Below, piece by piece: positions 61,718 through 64,000 of a stretch of DNA of 64,000 nucleotides. The stretch comes from an uncultured delta proteobacterium (GTDB lineage Bacteria; Desulfobacterota; Binatia; UBA9968): assembly GCA_963847445.1 (NCBI GenBank), contig CAWJZV010000014.1, positions 32,001-96,000 of the forward strand. Direction: 5' to 3'. Position numbers and translations under genes: made by a program. The notes under the pieces were generated by a model. It ran no database searches, had not been told where the DNA came from, and saw nothing but the letters and a program-made list of their open reading frames with translations. How positions within the stretch are numbered: the first letter of the stretch is position 1; each line of letters begins with the position of its first letter.

Positions 61718-61969
61718 ATGACGAACGAATCAACGGATGTATCGAAACTGCTTGAACGGATCACAATCGATTCAGATATCTGCCATGGAAAACCTTGTAT
61801 TCGAGGATTGCGGTATCCAGTGGACATGATTTTGGAGTTGTTGAGCGCAGGGATGAAGAACGAGGAAATTCTCGCCGACTATGATGACTTGGAACCAGAA
61901 GACATCCTTGCGGTGTTGGCCTTCGCCGCCCGCCTAACTCAAATCAAACGGGTACAAGCCGTGCTGTAA
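61718..61969 (+). CDS. DUF433 family antitoxin
   Basis: RITID.DICHGKPCIRGLRYPV..ILELL..GM...EILADY. Confidence 0.92.
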   Translation: MTNESTDVSKLLERITIDSDICHGKPCIRGLRYPVDMILELLSAGMKNEEILADYDDLEPEDILAVLAFAARLTQIKRVQAVL

Positions 61970-62445
61970 TGAAATTCTTGGTCGATGCGCAGCTCCCGCG
62001 CCGGTTGGCGCGATGGCTGCAAGTTGAAGGGCATGAGGCCCTTCATACGCGAGATTTGCCCAGGGGAAACCGCACTGGCGACACCGCGATTAACGAGATT
62101 TCCGTGCGAGAGCAACGAGCGGTCATTACCAAGGACGAAGATTTTGTCGTCATGTTCTTGTTGCGTCATCAGCCCTACAAACTACTCTTGGTTTCCACCG
62201 GCAATATTAGCAATAAAGAGTTGGAGCAATTGTTCCGCAATAACCTCGAAGCCATTTTAGAAGCCTTCGAAACCCATGACTTTGTCGAACTTGATCGGTG
62301 CACCATGACTTGCCACTGGCTAAAGACAGCTAAGCTCGCCCTGGAAGCGCTAACCTCTCTAGGAACGGATTCGGTCAATGCAAAAAGACACCAAAAAACA
62401 GGAATTCATTCTAGCCGAGATCGACGACTTCAATCTCGAAATTGA
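61969..62445 (+). CDS. DUF5615 PIN-like toxin (conserved part ends near 62320)
   Basis: MKFLVDAQLP, H, D, VITKDEDF, GNISN; TAATG coupling with DUF433. Confidence 0.88.
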   Translation: MKFLVDAQLPRRLARWLQVEGHEALHTRDLPRGNRTGDTAINEISVREQRAVITKDEDFVVMFLLRHQPYKLLLVSTGNISNKELEQLFRNNLEAILEAFETHDFVELDRCTMTCHWLKTAKLALEALTSLGTDSVNAKRHQKTGIHSSRDRRLQSRN

Positions 62446-62551
62446 ACTCACGCGGCAAAATAAAGCTTTGATGAAGCTACTTGAGGCCCGCGGCAAACAG
62501 ACTAAAACATTCAAAACGGCTGATGTTAAGAACCAGCCCGGTCTCGATTGA
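62378..62551 (+). pseudogene. antitoxin-like fragment
   Basis: MQKDTKKQEFILAEIDDFNLEIELTRQNKALMKLLEARGKQTKTFKTADVKNQPGLD resembles the C-terminal half of Phd-like antitoxins; no toxin follows. Confidence 0.45.
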
Positions 62552-62740
62552 CGCCAATCACGGTGAGCAGCCGGCAAGATCGTCGCGTCGTAGGCACTTA
62601 TCTCAAAGGAGAGAGCGAACTCGTCGAGAAGTCGTGTCGGGTTCACTTGCGCACCTTTCCAGGAGCCATAGCGGCAATTGATTTTTCGCTGAGCTGAGAT
62701 ATACGGCGCATATGCGACTCTTAGAATGCAGGAGGGCACT

Positions 62741-63145
62741 ATGACCATTCGAAGCTTCGACCATGTCGCCATACCGATCCAGAACACCGACGCCATGCTG
62801 TCTTTCTACCGAGCATTGGGGTTTGGCGTACAGGACCGAGGGCAGGCTTACTCGGTCTTTTTCGGCGACAACAAGATCAATTTTCACAGCCCCGACAAAT
62901 GGCATAGCCCGCAGTTCACTCTGCGCGGCCCCACTGCCGTGCCCGGCTGCGGCGACTTCTGCTTTGTCTGGGAGGGTTCGGTCGAGTCGTTAAAGGCCAC
63001 GCTCGACCAAGCCGGCGCCAAAATCATCGAAGGCCCGATCCAACGCCAGGGCGGCCGCAACAACGGCCGCGCCAATGGCACAAGCTTCTACTTCCGCGAT
63101 CCCGACTCCAACCTTTTAGAGTTTATGATTTATAAAGAAGATTAG
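62741..63145 (+). CDS. VOC (glyoxalase/bleomycin resistance) family protein
   Basis: FDHVAI, KINFH, GCGDFCF, SFYFRDPDSNLLEF. Confidence 0.9.
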   Translation: MTIRSFDHVAIPIQNTDAMLSFYRALGFGVQDRGQAYSVFFGDNKINFHSPDKWHSPQFTLRGPTAVPGCGDFCFVWEGSVESLKATLDQAGAKIIEGPIQRQGGRNNGRANGTSFYFRDPDSNLLEFMIYKED

Positions 63146-63166
63146 CCGCAAAGCCGCAGCTGAATT

Positions 63167-63326
63167 TCGGAATATCTCTCGCAAAGGCGCAAAGACGCGA
63201 AGGTGACGGGCCGATGCCCGTCATCCCGAGCGAATGCGAGGGATCTAAGAAAGATTTCTCCCTCTGGTCGAAATGACAATGATTCCGAACTTGGCGCCTT
63301 AGCGTCTTGGCGAGAGGAATATCCGA
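63167..63326. repeat. composite palindromic element, copy 2 (copy 1 at 9124-9282)
   Basis: cggaatatctctcgcaaaggcgc ... gcgtcttggcgagaggaatatccg with inner GTCATCCCGAGC...GAAATGAC. Confidence 0.75.
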
Positions 63327-63445
63327 GTCCAAGATTTTTACAATCCGGAAAATTTGCGCACAGGCTATCGGCAAACATGTTGAGCTAGTTTTCGGATCGA
63401 ATGCAACGGGCGCAAGATCACATGCCATAGCAGAGAAATCCGAAC

Positions 63446-63469
63446 GTAGGGGCGTATGGCATACGCCCT
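63446..63469 (+). repeat. GTAG-type REP
   Basis: gtaggggcgtatggcatacgccct. Confidence 0.7.
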
Positions 63470-63639
63470 GGGGTGGTGGTATTGGCGTGGCGACCAAAGC
63501 TGCGTAGGCGAGGCAAATTCGCAACTACGGTTCGCGCAATTTTTCGATCGTCCCTTCCCCGGACTCGTAAGCTCTGAGCGCCGTCGAAGGACCCCGACGC
63601 CGTTTGGTCCGATCAACAAAGCATGCTAGACACAGCCGC

Positions 63640-64000
63640 ATGAGCACCAAACTACAATTGACCCTCGCCGCCGGCGATTACGATAGCATTGCCGCGCTGA
63701 AAGATGGCACCGTCACACCTGACGGCATCGAGCTGACGATCCTGACCGATATGACCGCGGAGGTGCGTCACGCGCGCATGCTGCGCGGGCGACAATTCGA
63801 CGTCGCCGAGCTGTCGATGTCGAATTACATGGTCGCCAAGGATAACGGCCTGCCGTTCATCGCCATCCCGGTGTTTCTCCATCGCCGCTTTCGCCACGGC
63901 TTTGCCTTCGTCAACACCACCAAGGGAATAGGCCAAGCCCACCGACCTGATCGGCAAGAAGGGTCGGCGTCGGCAGTTATCACGCCACGTCGAATCTATG
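63640..64000 (+). CDS. 4,5-dihydroxyphthalate decarboxylase-like / PhnD-SsuA-fold protein (3' end outside window)
   Basis: LTLAAGDYD...LKDGTV.PDGIEL, FDVAELSMSNY, IAIPVFLHRRFRH. Confidence 0.8.
   Translation, partial: MSTKLQLTLAAGDYDSIAALKDGTVTPDGIELTILTDMTAEVRHARMLRGRQFDVAELSMSNYMVAKDNGLPFIAIPVFLHRRFRHGFAFVNTTKGIGQAHRPDRQEGSASAVITPRRIY

Overview
GC-rich bacterial chromosomal segment. The many orphan NMT1/SsuA-, TctC- and TAXI-type solute-binding proteins, amidohydrolases, UbiD enzymes and SDRs resemble Deltaproteobacteria-like lineages such as Candidatus Binatia; this is an inference from gene content. About 55 genes, mostly for transport and catabolism of aromatic or N-heterocyclic compounds. 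Roughly 20 genes are split by single-base indels, most likely long-read consensus errors, so many coordinates are joined across frameshifts. Accessory segments are: an AAA+ ATPase bracketed by a duplicated gene fragment; an aspartyl protease/TIR/DUF488 patch; a membrane-anchored amidase coupled to a MamK-like actin; a stand-alone atypical C-A-T-TE NRPS bracketed by a duplicated gene start; a solo integron-type cassette (GFA gene plus attC); five tandem TAXI binding proteins with one TRAP permease; and several toxin-antitoxin modules and remnants. Intergenic DNA is full of REP-like palindromes and 7-9 nt periodic repeats. I saw no rRNA, tRNA, CRISPR array, integrase or transposase.
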